Below are positions 18,020 through 27,127 of a stretch of DNA of 64,000 nucleotides, piece after piece. The stretch is from Spirochaetia bacterium (GTDB lineage Bacteria > Spirochaetota > Spirochaetia > CADAEX01): assembly GCA_963662265.2 (NCBI GenBank), contig CAXXHA010000014.1:1-64000 (forward strand). Direction: 5' to 3'. The notes under the pieces are model-generated. The model made no database searches. It was not told where the DNA came from and saw nothing but the letters and a program-made list of their open reading frames with translations. The stretch's first letter is position 1; every line of letters starts with the position of its first letter. The position numbers and the translations under genes were made by a program.

Positions 18020-18426
18020 TTATTTGTTCCTTCTTATTACTTCTCTGAATAAAAATGGTTGTATTTCAGGATAAGTTAAATTATCAGGAAGTTGATTAAA
18101 AGAACTTACTTCAGATATTTTAAAATCCAGCTTACCTGAATAGCTTTTGATTTCGGCGAAGAAAAGTCTTCCATAACTTGTTTTATTATCTACAGAGACT
18201 GAATAGTCACATATTTCCACCAGTTTAAAATCCTTTGCTCCTGTTTCTTCAACCAGCTCTCTTTTCGCAGCTTCAAATGAGGATTCACCTTCATATGACC
18301 GCCCGGTATTTTTCTTATATCTCTGTTTTTATGTTTAAAAAAAACATATCCATTTTTATCTTCAGATATAATAACAGAATATTTTAAAGAAGCTTGATGT
18401 TCTAATTCGTGAAATTTTATGACCAC
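18020..18426 (-). pseudogene. NUDIX hydrolase, frameshifted
   Basis: IPGGH in one frame and EGESSFEAAKRELVEETG (Nudix box) in another; shift near 18295. Confidence 0.75.
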
Positions 18427-18532
18427 TGAAACCTTCCATAGTAAAAAAAGTCTTTATTAGTTAATCCCATATTACTCAGGTGTAGGGTAAAGTTAATGGG
18501 AAGATATATTTGTAGCAAACAGATCTTTATTT

Positions 18533-18958
18533 TCAGTTTGCAAATCTTTTATGAATTAGATGGTCCTTTTTTAATTCAAGCAGATCCCATAGATTCCCGT
18601 AAAGGTCTTTAAAAACTGCGACTGTCCCATAATCAGCTTCTTTGGGTTGTCTTACAAATTCTATACCTTTTGAAATCATGTCATTGTAATCTCGCCAGAA
18701 ATCATCTGTATTGAGAAAAAGGAAAACTCTTCCTCCTGATTGTGAGCCAATATAATCTTCCTGCTCAGGTTTTGATGCTTTTGCAAGCAGTATAGTTGTT
18801 CCCCTGGAATTGGGCGGAGAAATTACAACCCATCTCTTGTTTTGTTCAGGTTGATAGGTGTCGTCTATAAGAGTGAAATGCAGCTTATTTGTGTAAAAAT
18901 CAATTGCTTCATCGTAATCCCACACAACTAATGCAATATGAACTATATCTTGTTTCAA
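18533..18958 (-). CDS. VOC/glyoxalase-family protein
   Basis: HIALVV.DYDEAIDFYT.KL.F and YGTVAVFKDLYGNLWDL. Confidence 0.9.
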   Translation of the reverse strand: MKQDIVHIALVVWDYDEAIDFYTNKLHFTLIDDTYQPEQNKRWVVISPPNSRGTTILLAKASKPEQEDYIGSQSGGRVFLFLNTDDFWRDYNDMISKGIEFVRQPKEADYGTVAVFKDLYGNLWDLLELKKDHLIHKRFAN

Positions 18959-19389
18959 ATTTTGTTTCCTTTGTTTTCACATATAGAATGATTTATTATA
19001 CACGATTCAATGTCAAAACAATGATAAAAAAGATTGTTTGTTAGAGTGATCTTTCTCTTTAAAATAGTCTATCAGTAAATTATCATGCCGAAATGAAAAG
19101 AGAGGTCAGTATAAAAAATAATTAGAAAAAGTTATAAAAATTTATACGAAATACATATAGGAGCAGAGGATATTTACATATGAAGGAAGTATTGAATAGC
19201 TGAAAAATCTGGTAGCAGATGAGGTTCTTGATATCTTGGCTTTAAACGATCTTGAAAAAATGCTTGAAGTAAAAGATTAGTTATTGAAAGGATTATTGAT
19301 CACTATGAACTCTCAGAAAAACAGGTTTGTAAATTATTAAGGTTCAAATATTTTGTGTATTGTATTGAGAATAAGACTATTATTTTTTC

Positions 19390-19418
19390 TTGACAGATTA
19401 TTTGATAGGGCCTATCAT
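19390..19418 (+). promoter_or_regulatory. Sigma70-type promoter of the glycerophosphodiester operon
   Basis: TTGACA-17 bp-TATCAT. Confidence 0.7.
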
Positions 19419-19430
19419 TAATTATATTTT

Positions 19431-19492
19431 TAGGCATGTGTATAAGTGAGCCAGGAAAATAGATTGTTATCTAGTTTCCTGGCTTTTTTTTT
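19431..19492 (+). promoter_or_regulatory. 5' leader terminator (candidate GlpP antitermination target)
   Basis: AGCCAGGAAA/TTTCCTGGCT stem plus T-run between promoter and first gene; glpP homologue at end of cluster. Confidence 0.7.
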
Positions 19493-19552
19493 GCACTGGT
19501 AAAATTACAAATAATTAGTCATATGATTGATTAAAAATTAAAGGGGGATTCT

Positions 19553-20650
19553 ATGAAAAAACATTTCATAGTGCTTATGTGTTTAGTGTTAATCTCATCA
19601 ACATTTGTATTTGCTGGAGGGAAAAAAGAATCAAGCAAAGCCACTCAAGATAATGGCGTGCTTCGTCTGTTAACCTGGTCAGGTTATGCATTACCAGAGC
19701 AGATTGAAAAGTTTGAGGAAGAGACTGGAATCAAAGTTGAAGTTATTAAAAGTAATAATGAGGAAATGATAGCTAAACTCAGGGCTACAAGAGGTGGTGG
19801 TTTTGATCTGGCACAACCAAGCCAGGATAGGATAATCGGTGTTCAAAAACAATATGATGTTTATCAGCCAATAGATTTCTCGAAAGTTAATGTGGATCAA
19901 ATTGATTCTGTGTTACTCGAAGCAGTAAAGAAAAATACGAAAATAGAAGATGAATATTATGGACTTCCACATATATGGGGAACTTCAGGTCTTATTGTAA
20001 ATAAAAAATATTGTAATGATGTTGAAGATTATTCCGATTTATTTAATCCGAAATATAAAGGAAGAATTTCATATCGGCTGGTCCGTGCTACAGTTTGTGG
20101 GGTCAGCTTTTCACTTGGCAATGAACATTTTAAAGCCTATAACGATTTAGATAAGTATCAGACAATTCTTGATCAGGTCCAAGATAAGCTAGTTGATGGA
20201 AAAGATCTTGTCCAAAATTATTGGGCCAATGGAGATTCTTTATTACAGTCAATGAAAACTGAAGAAGTATGGCTTGCAATGGCATGGGATCAGGCTGGCT
20301 GGAAACTACATGCGTTAAATCCAGATATTGATTTTATTCCTCCTAAAAGTGGTGCAATGGCTTGGATAGATACATTTGCGATACCTTCAAAATCAAAAAA
20401 TGTTGAAGCGGCTTATAGATGGATTAATTTTGCATTGGAACCAGAAAATGCAGCTTATTTTACAAATCACGAAACATATGCAACAGCATCAAAAGGTGCA
20501 GAAAAGTTTTATACAGAAGATATAAAAGCAAATTTTGCCCGAGGTTATAATGATGAAGCAAAGAAAAATTTTAACTGGTATCCCGCAGCACCTCCGGGAA
20601 TAGAAGAAATGGAAGGGAAAATGCTTGATAAAGTAAGGGCTTCTAAATAA
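19553..20650 (+). CDS. ABC substrate-binding protein, PotD/PotF-like
   Basis: LLTWSGY, FEEETGIKV, SNNEEMIAKL, P.SGAMAWIDTFAIP, AAYRWINF; spirochaete-type FAGGKKE signal. Confidence 0.85.
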   Translation: MKKHFIVLMCLVLISSTFVFAGGKKESSKATQDNGVLRLLTWSGYALPEQIEKFEEETGIKVEVIKSNNEEMIAKLRATRGGGFDLAQPSQDRIIGVQKQYDVYQPIDFSKVNVDQIDSVLLEAVKKNTKIEDEYYGLPHIWGTSGLIVNKKYCNDVEDYSDLFNPKYKGRISYRLVRATVCGVSFSLGNEHFKAYNDLDKYQTILDQVQDKLVDGKDLVQNYWANGDSLLQSMKTEEVWLAMAWDQAGWKLHALNPDIDFIPPKSGAMAWIDTFAIPSKSKNVEAAYRWINFALEPENAAYFTNHETYATASKGAEKFYTEDIKANFARGYNDEAKKNFNWYPAAPPGIEEMEGKMLDKVRASK

Positions 20651-20663
20651 AAATGGTTATTTA

Positions 20664-20689
20664 ACTCACCTGCTATGATGCAGGTGAGT
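20664..20689 (+). terminator. Stem-loop after SBP gene (terminator or stabiliser)
   Basis: ACTCACCTGC-TATGAT-GCAGGTGAGT perfect 10-bp stem. Confidence 0.6.
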
Positions 20690-20746
20690 ATTTATTTTCC
20701 TATTGAATTTATGTTGCATAACGGTAAATAACGGTTATGATATATT

Positions 20747-21511
20747 ATGGTTAAAAACACTTTATTACATAACGGTGTTACTGCTCACAGGGGTAATTGT
20801 TCAGCATATCCAGAAAATACAATTGCATCATTTACTAGTGCAATAAATATTGGTGCAGACTGGGTTGAACTTGATATAAGAAAAACCAGAGATGGGGAAA
20901 TAGTAGTAATACATGATGAGACTACAGGTAGAATTGGCGATATATGTCTGAATATATCAGAATCTACCTATGATGAATTGAAAAGAGTGGATGTGGCTTT
21001 TCAGTTCAGGAAGAAAATGGAACTTAACAAATTGGAATGTCCTAAAATGTCTATTCCGCTTCTTAAGGATGTTATTCATCTTGTTAAAAAGCAGAATAAA
21101 ACAAGGATTTCGATACAGCCAAAAATAAATATTGTTGGTGAAACTATATTTTTGTTGCAAAACATAGATGCTGTTGATTGGATTGGTTTTAATGACGGCA
21201 ATGTTGAATATATGTCAGAAGTTAAGAGTATAAATTCTTCAATTCCTGTATTCTGGGATACTGCTGAGGATGCTCCATGCATTGATGAAATTGTTAAAAT
21301 ATCACATAACAATGGATTTGAAACAGTAGTAATGCATGAGTCATACATAAGTGAAGAAAAGATTGACGACTTAAATCTAATGGGAATACAACCTGGTGCC
21401 TGGACAATTAATGATTTTCATAAAATTAAGCAGTTAATCAAGATGGGAGTAAGAAGAATATATACTGATTATCCTGCAGAATGTCTTAGGATATATAACC
21501 AGCAGAAATGA
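20747..21511 (+). CDS. Glycerophosphodiester phosphodiesterase (GDPD)
   Basis: AHRG...PENT...GAD.VELDI..T.DG..VVIHD; AWTIN; IYTDYP. Confidence 0.92.
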   Translation: MVKNTLLHNGVTAHRGNCSAYPENTIASFTSAINIGADWVELDIRKTRDGEIVVIHDETTGRIGDICLNISESTYDELKRVDVAFQFRKKMELNKLECPKMSIPLLKDVIHLVKKQNKTRISIQPKINIVGETIFLLQNIDAVDWIGFNDGNVEYMSEVKSINSSIPVFWDTAEDAPCIDEIVKISHNNGFETVVMHESYISEEKIDDLNLMGIQPGAWTINDFHKIKQLIKMGVRRIYTDYPAECLRIYNQQK

Positions 21512-21602
21512 CCGGATTATGATATGTTTCAATAATTAATTTTAGTTCGACTTCCTTTATTAATTCACATTTAAAGTTATTGATTAGGAGAATGATGAAA
21601 CA

Positions 21603-22424
21603 ATGGACATCGATGAGATAAAAACAAATTCGTTCCTTTATAATAAACTGAAGAATTTAAAACATATAGTACTGGATATGGATGGAACAATTTATTGTGG
21701 CAATCAGCTAATTGAAACTACAATACCGTTTTTTGAAATACTTATGTCATTGAACATAAGTTTTTCTTTCCTTACAAATAATTCATCACGAAGTGTAAGG
21801 GATTATATTGATAAATTATCACAAATGGGAATCTTTATAAAAAAAGAATACTTATATACATCAATTCTTTTTGCTGCTGATTATTTAAAGGAAAATTATC
21901 CTACAGTTAAAAATCTTTATGTACTAGGAACCGAAAGCATGAAATTAGAACTTGCAAGCTTTGGATTTGAAATTGTTAAGACAAATCCTGATGCTGTATT
22001 GATCGGTAATGATACAGAATTGACTTATGATAAATTATGCAAAGCTGCTTACTGGATTTCTGAAGCTGATTTAGTTATTTCCACACATCCAGATAGATTC
22101 TGTCCAACCAATGCAGAAGAATTTATTGCTATAGATTGCGGATGGATTACAGATTTTCTTGAACAGATTACTGACAAAAAAGTTATTGTTCTGGGGAAAC
22201 CTCATAAAGGAATGCTGAGTTATGCGCTTAAAAGATATGGTTATGAGCCTGGAGAAGCTGCAATGGCAGGTGACAGATATAATACTGATATTAAAATGGC
22301 TATAGATGCTGGTTCTCTGTCTGTCTATATAAACAACGAAAGTATTGAAACTGTTTCTGAACCAGATATAACTGTTCCCAATTTATTACAGTTTGGAATG
22401 ATTCTCAACGGTATTAAGAATTGA
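21603..22424 (+). CDS. HAD-IIA (NagD-like) phosphatase
   Basis: DMDGT, LTNNS, GKP, GDRYNTDI motifs. Confidence 0.9.
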   Translation: MDIDEIKTNSFLYNKLKNLKHIVLDMDGTIYCGNQLIETTIPFFEILMSLNISFSFLTNNSSRSVRDYIDKLSQMGIFIKKEYLYTSILFAADYLKENYPTVKNLYVLGTESMKLELASFGFEIVKTNPDAVLIGNDTELTYDKLCKAAYWISEADLVISTHPDRFCPTNAEEFIAIDCGWITDFLEQITDKKVIVLGKPHKGMLSYALKRYGYEPGEAAMAGDRYNTDIKMAIDAGSLSVYINNESIETVSEPDITVPNLLQFGMILNGIKN

Positions 22425-22453
22425 TAACAAATCAGAATCTGTAAAATAAATAT

Positions 22454-22482
22454 TTGACATGTTAAAGGTATATAAGGATAAT
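22454..22482 (+). promoter_or_regulatory. Promoter directly upstream of glpP
   Basis: TTGACA-17 bp-GATAAT, 5 nt before ATG 22488. Confidence 0.55.
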
Positions 22483-22487
22483 AAATA

Positions 22488-23054
22488 ATGAATAAAAGAA
22501 TAATTGAAGCGTTCAGAAATAATCCAATAATTCCTTCAGTAAAAAATGAAAATGATCTTGATGAAGCTCTTAAAACTGATAATGAAATAATATTTATAAT
22601 TACATCGAATTTAATTAATATTTCAGATCTTGTTGCAAGAATTAAAGATTCTGAAAAGCTTGCATTTGTTCACATAGATCTTGTTGACGGTCTTGGAACT
22701 TCGACTTATGCCTTGGATTATTTATTAAACTTAACTCAGGCCGATGGTATTATTACTACAAAAACAGGTCTTATCAGAGCAGCAAAAGCAAGGGACGTAT
22801 TTGTGATTAAAAGGTTTTTTATTTTTGACTCTATTTCTATTAATTCTGGCATTAAAGCTATAAAGGAACATGCTCCTGATGCTGTAGAAATACTACCTGG
22901 ACTGATGCCGAGGGTTATAGAAAAATTTTCAAATATTACTTCTATTCCTGTTATTGTGGGAGGGCTTATAGAATCAAGGGAAGATATCATGACAGCACTT
23001 AAATCAGGAGCCTGTAGTGTTTCATCTACTAGACACAACACTTGGATTATGTAA
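22488..23054 (+). CDS. glpP: Glycerol-3-phosphate-responsive antiterminator
   Basis: NPIIPSV, FVHIDLVDGL, ADGIITTK, RFFIFDS, PDAVEILPG, IVGGLI. Confidence 0.9.
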   Translation: MNKRIIEAFRNNPIIPSVKNENDLDEALKTDNEIIFIITSNLINISDLVARIKDSEKLAFVHIDLVDGLGTSTYALDYLLNLTQADGIITTKTGLIRAAKARDVFVIKRFFIFDSISINSGIKAIKEHAPDAVEILPGLMPRVIEKFSNITSIPVIVGGLIESREDIMTALKSGACSVSSTRHNTWIM

Positions 23055-23088
23055 CTTGCTGAATGGGGAGGTCAATATTTCTATCGAT

Positions 23089-24000
23089 CTAATTATTAAT
23101 TCTCTGTTTTCTATGTAATAAAGTTTTCGGGGAAAGCTGTGAAGACACTACGGCTGTCAGTATGCATAACATCCCAATCAAATGTATCCATGTGAATTTT
23201 TCTTTTAATATGATTATTGATAAGGTTATTGTAATAAACGGAACCAGGTAAATAAACTGGCTTGTTCTTACAGGGCCTAATGATCTTACTGCGTGTGACC
23301 AAGTTATAAAACATATTCCTGATGCGAGTAATCCCAAAAACAGGAAGTGGAAAAGGTTGTCCGGTTTTATTATTCCCGAAATATCCGGAATCTGATTCAG
23401 TATAATTGCAGTAAAAGTTATTGCAATCCATCCGTAAAAAACCGATTTCCGGGTAACGAGAATTGATGAGTATTTTACATTTACCTTCCTCAATAACAGG
23501 GTGTAGATTGAAAATACAAAAGCAGCTGACAGCGCCAGGATATCCCCGGTTACTGATACTCCTGTTTTTGCTCCGGATTGGGATAATATCAAAAGAAAAC
23601 CGATTATTGTCAGAGCAAAGGCAAACAAGTATTTCAATTTAAATGTCTCATCTTTATAAAACAATGGACCTATAAGGCTTGTTAATAAAGGAATACTGGT
23701 GACAATGACAGAAACATTGGATGCATAAGTGTATTTTGTGGCAAGATTTTCAAGTGAGAAATATAAAAATATTCCCAGAAAACCTATCAGGCTGAATAAT
23801 ATTTCATCTTTCCATACTGTTTTTTTGAAACGCGGAGGTGAAAGTATTGATAAAATCAAAAGGCCTATTGAAAACCTTACAAATGATATTTGAATTGCTG
23901 AATAATCAGCAATCAATAATTTTGTTGATATATAAGTGGAGCTCCAGATTGTAATACTGAAGATTGCTGAAAGAAATCCCATGTTTTTTATTCTGTTCAT
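23089..24000 (-). CDS. DMT/EamA-family transporter
   Basis: About 10 hydrophobic segments, IWSSTY, GDILAL, LGLLASG. Confidence 0.9.
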   Translation of the reverse strand: MNRIKNMGFLSAIFSITIWSSTYISTKLLIADYSAIQISFVRFSIGLLILSILSPPRFKKTVWKDEILFSLIGFLGIFLYFSLENLATKYTYASNVSVIVTSIPLLTSLIGPLFYKDETFKLKYLFAFALTIIGFLLILSQSGAKTGVSVTGDILALSAAFVFSIYTLLLRKVNVKYSSILVTRKSVFYGWIAITFTAIILNQIPDISGIIKPDNLFHFLFLGLLASGICFITWSHAVRSLGPVRTSQFIYLVPFITITLSIIILKEKFTWIHLIGMLCILTAVVSSQLSPKTLLHRKQRINN

Positions 24001-24071
24001 ATATAACCTCTGATATGAATGGTACAGAATAAAAAAGAAAATGAATTGTAAAAAATTGCGTTTGTAGCTAA

Positions 24072-24845
24072 TTATTTTTTTGATAACAGGGCTTCACGGT
24101 ATTCCTGTGGCCGGAGACCTGAATAGAGCTTGAACTGTTTAATAAAGTGGCTCTGATCTGAAAATCCGCATTCAAATGCTATTGTAGTTAAATCCATATT
24201 AGATTCAAATAATAGGACAGCTCTCTGAACCCGCATATTTACAATATCTGCATGGGGAGTCAATCCATATCTTTGAGCATATTTCCGTATGAAGCTGAAT
24301 TTATTCAGTCCTGCCCGGGATGCAAGTTCATCAATACTTATTGAGATTTGCGGCAATTCACGGATCTGGTTATGAATATTTTCTATTTCCAGTTCTGCTG
24401 TCTGATTTAATATTTTATATTCACTTACGATTTCCAGTAAGTGCTGAATAAATACTTTTTCCAGATTCTCTTTTTCTATGGAATTATTTATGATCTGATT
24501 AAGAATGTTCTTAAAGTCAAATGGAGTAGGTCTAGCTACTGTATTAAATAAACAGGGGGAAATACTTAATTTGTCTTTCCACCATTTATTATCAATATAA
24601 AACATTTGAAATTTATAATTATCATCATTTTCAGGAGTGCATATGTGTGCTACTTCGGCAGGAATAATAACAATATCACCAGGCAACAGCAAATATTCCT
24701 GATTCTGAACATTAAACAATGTTTTTCCCTTTTCAATATATCCTAAAGATATATCCTCATGGGAATGAACACGTTTAGAGTACACTTCTTTTCTGCTGTT
24801 TGTTTTCAATGTGAGGAATGGGTATTTTCTGAAAGTTTGAATCAT
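24072..24845 (-). CDS. AraC-family regulator with cupin domain
   Basis: HSHED...PAEVAH cupin; C-terminal IAFECGFSDQSHFIKQFK; ATG 24845 overlaps upstream stop. Confidence 0.92.
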   Translation of the reverse strand: MIQTFRKYPFLTLKTNSRKEVYSKRVHSHEDISLGYIEKGKTLFNVQNQEYLLLPGDIVIIPAEVAHICTPENDDNYKFQMFYIDNKWWKDKLSISPCLFNTVARPTPFDFKNILNQIINNSIEKENLEKVFIQHLLEIVSEYKILNQTAELEIENIHNQIRELPQISISIDELASRAGLNKFSFIRKYAQRYGLTPHADIVNMRVQRAVLLFESNMDLTTIAFECGFSDQSHFIKQFKLYSGLRPQEYREALLSKK

Positions 24846-25540
24846 ACTATAACTTCTCTGATCCATTTTTTCAGATAAATCAACTGTTCTTCTGTATGAA
24901 AAAAATGATCTCCATTTTTCATGATATCAGTATTGCAGTTGTACTTTTCAGAAAAATATTCAAGAACACTTCTTTCTGTCAGATTGTCGTTTTCTCCATA
25001 CAAAATCCAGGTATCTGATTCCCATTTTATGATTGGATGATTTTTTACATACTCATAGTAATTCCAGGATAATGTTTCACCGAATGATGTACTGATTTCT
25101 TTTTTTTCCTGAAGCTGTTTTTCTGTTACATTCGACCATTCCATCATGTTCCTGATCAACTTCTCCATATCCAGTATCGGAGACAGAAACAGGCATTTTT
25201 CAAATACTGTATTCTGAAATGCAGTCTGGCAGAAATAGGCTCCTAAACTGCACGCAAATAACGAGATATGTTTGTATTTATCTTTTAGATATGAATAAAC
25301 AGTTTTCAGATCATATGTACCGTTCTGAACTGTGCATGGATAGCCTGTATTTATACGATCTCCATGTTCAGGTAAGTCAAAACTCAATACCTGGTATCCT
25401 GAACTGTTTGCAATTTCTGCAAAGGATTCAGCTTCTTCCTTGCTGGAGTGCTTGCCGTGTACATATAAATATATTTTTTCTGATTGATTCCCGTATAAAA
25501 TCGCAGGTATGGAGTCTATTTGTATTTTCTCTTTTTTCAC
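24842..25540 (-). CDS. Alpha/beta hydrolase
   Basis: YVHG, SFDLPEHG, ACSLGA nucleophile elbow, YGEND, GDHFFH. Confidence 0.85.
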   Translation of the reverse strand: MKKEKIQIDSIPAILYGNQSEKIYLYVHGKHSSKEEAESFAEIANSSGYQVLSFDLPEHGDRINTGYPCTVQNGTYDLKTVYSYLKDKYKHISLFACSLGAYFCQTAFQNTVFEKCLFLSPILDMEKLIRNMMEWSNVTEKQLQEKKEISTSFGETLSWNYYEYVKNHPIIKWESDTWILYGENDNLTERSVLEYFSEKYNCNTDIMKNGDHFFHTEEQLIYLKKWIREVIV

Positions 25541-25594
25541 TTCAATATCCTTAATTATTTAATATTAAAAATGAAACATATTTACTGTAATAAT

Positions 25595-25924
25595 TCAACA
25601 GGTCTTTACTAAAGCAAAAGCCACCTGGTAAATCACTTTCGAGCACTTTCTCTTCGAGAAAGTCTCTGTCATTGTTGCAAAACAAGTTTTGCAACCTTCT
25701 CTGGTGAGGGGGCATGAATCGGGCATACGATGTGATTTCTTTTTGTGTGGCTTTTGCCACACCGAAAGCCCCCTCTAATTCACTTTAGAGCACTTTCCCT
25801 TTGAGAAAGTCTCTGCCTTTGCGAGCACATTCGTAAACGAATGTCTCTGAGTTGTTGTAAAACAAGTTTTAAAACTTCTGGGGGCGTGGCTTTCAAACCA
25901 CCTGCTTTGCTGGTGGTTGTTGAT
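25595..25924. repeat. Structured non-coding composite repeat bounded by IS200/IS605-like TCAAC hairpin ends
   Basis: Three GAGCAC-hairpin-GTCTCTG units, two TTGTTG(C/T)AAAACAAGTTTT units, inward-facing TCAAC at both ends. Confidence 0.65.
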
Positions 25925-26061
25925 TTGAATGAGATAGACGGAAAATTACATACATTCATTTATCTCTTGACCTTATAATGAAAATAAATCAAAAATTAGG
26001 TAATAATATGGATTAAATATATATTCAATAAATCTGGAAAGCAAATTAAAAAGGAATTCAA

Positions 26062-26823
26062 ATGAACAGAATAGTATCATGGAATGTTAACGGAATAAGG
26101 GCTGCGGAAGGCAAGGGACTTTATGACTGGCTGCAGGATTTCAAGCCTGATATATTTTGTATTCAGGAAACAAAGGCGCAGCCTGAACAGCTAAATGATG
26201 TTTTTCACAAACAGGGCGGATACTACAGCTACTTCATGAGTGCTGAAAGAAAAGGGTATGCAGGGACTGCATTATACAGCAGAGTTAAACCTGAGTCAGT
26301 TGATAACATGGGCGTTGAAGAGTTTGACAGCGAAGGACGTACTATAGTTGCTCACTATGAGGATTTCACGCTGATTAACTGCTACTTTCCCAATTCACAG
26401 AATGAGGGGATAAGGCTTGATTTCAAGCTTAAGTATAACAGGGCTTTGCATAAACTTGCATCTTCCTTTGCTGATGAAGGAAGGAATGTGATTATATGCG
26501 GCGACTATAATGTTGCCCATAAGCCGATAGACCTTACCCATCCAAAAGCAAATGAGAAAAATGCAGGGTATCTTCCTGAAGAGCGGGAGTGGATGGACAG
26601 GTTTACAGAATCTGGATGGACTGACAGTTTCAGGCATTTCCATACGGAACCTGAGCAGTATACATGGTGGTCCTACAGGATGAAGGCCAGGGAGAAGAAT
26701 GTCGGATGGCGTCTTGATTATTTCTGTGTAAATGAAAGTTTCATGAATCAGGTTGAGGACAGCCGGATACATCAGGAAGTAATGGGGAGTGATCATTGCC
26801 CGATTGAACTGATATTGAAATAA
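26062..26823 (+). CDS. xth: Exodeoxyribonuclease III
   Basis: SWNVNGIRA, IQETK, GDYNVAH, YTWWSYR, GWRLDYF, GSDHCP. Confidence 0.95.
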   Translation: MNRIVSWNVNGIRAAEGKGLYDWLQDFKPDIFCIQETKAQPEQLNDVFHKQGGYYSYFMSAERKGYAGTALYSRVKPESVDNMGVEEFDSEGRTIVAHYEDFTLINCYFPNSQNEGIRLDFKLKYNRALHKLASSFADEGRNVIICGDYNVAHKPIDLTHPKANEKNAGYLPEEREWMDRFTESGWTDSFRHFHTEPEQYTWWSYRMKAREKNVGWRLDYFCVNESFMNQVEDSRIHQEVMGSDHCPIELILK

Positions 26824-27127
26824 TGAGGCATTTTTATGATTTTATTACTTTGAGAATTCGTACTGAAAGTTGAAAAATGCTTCAGAAAATAAAGCAGATA
26901 ATGATATGCTTAAAATTATCGAATTCTGCAGAATCATGAAAAATAATAAAATTACAAGTTTCTTCTTTATAATAAAAGAATTATATTATAAATAATTATA
27001 TATTTATAAATGAATTATTACTGTATAAAGCTGATCTGTTTATTGCAGGATCTGTTGGGCAGGTTGGTTTAATAATTATACTGATTTTTCCGTTTTGACG
27101 GTGAAAAAAATATCTAAGGAGACAATT

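Noticed and set aside
19080-19340. Possible decayed gene upstream of the glp promoter
   Set aside because: Coding-like purine bias but several stops and no family I can recognise
25551-25760. 69-aa ORF in the track
   Set aside because: Overlaps the structured repeat element, has no RBS or recognisable motif; likely spurious
25641-25875. Possible CRISPR array (27-28-nt palindromic repeats)
   Set aside because: Only three degenerate units with very unequal spacing (119 and 7 nt) and no cas genes in the window
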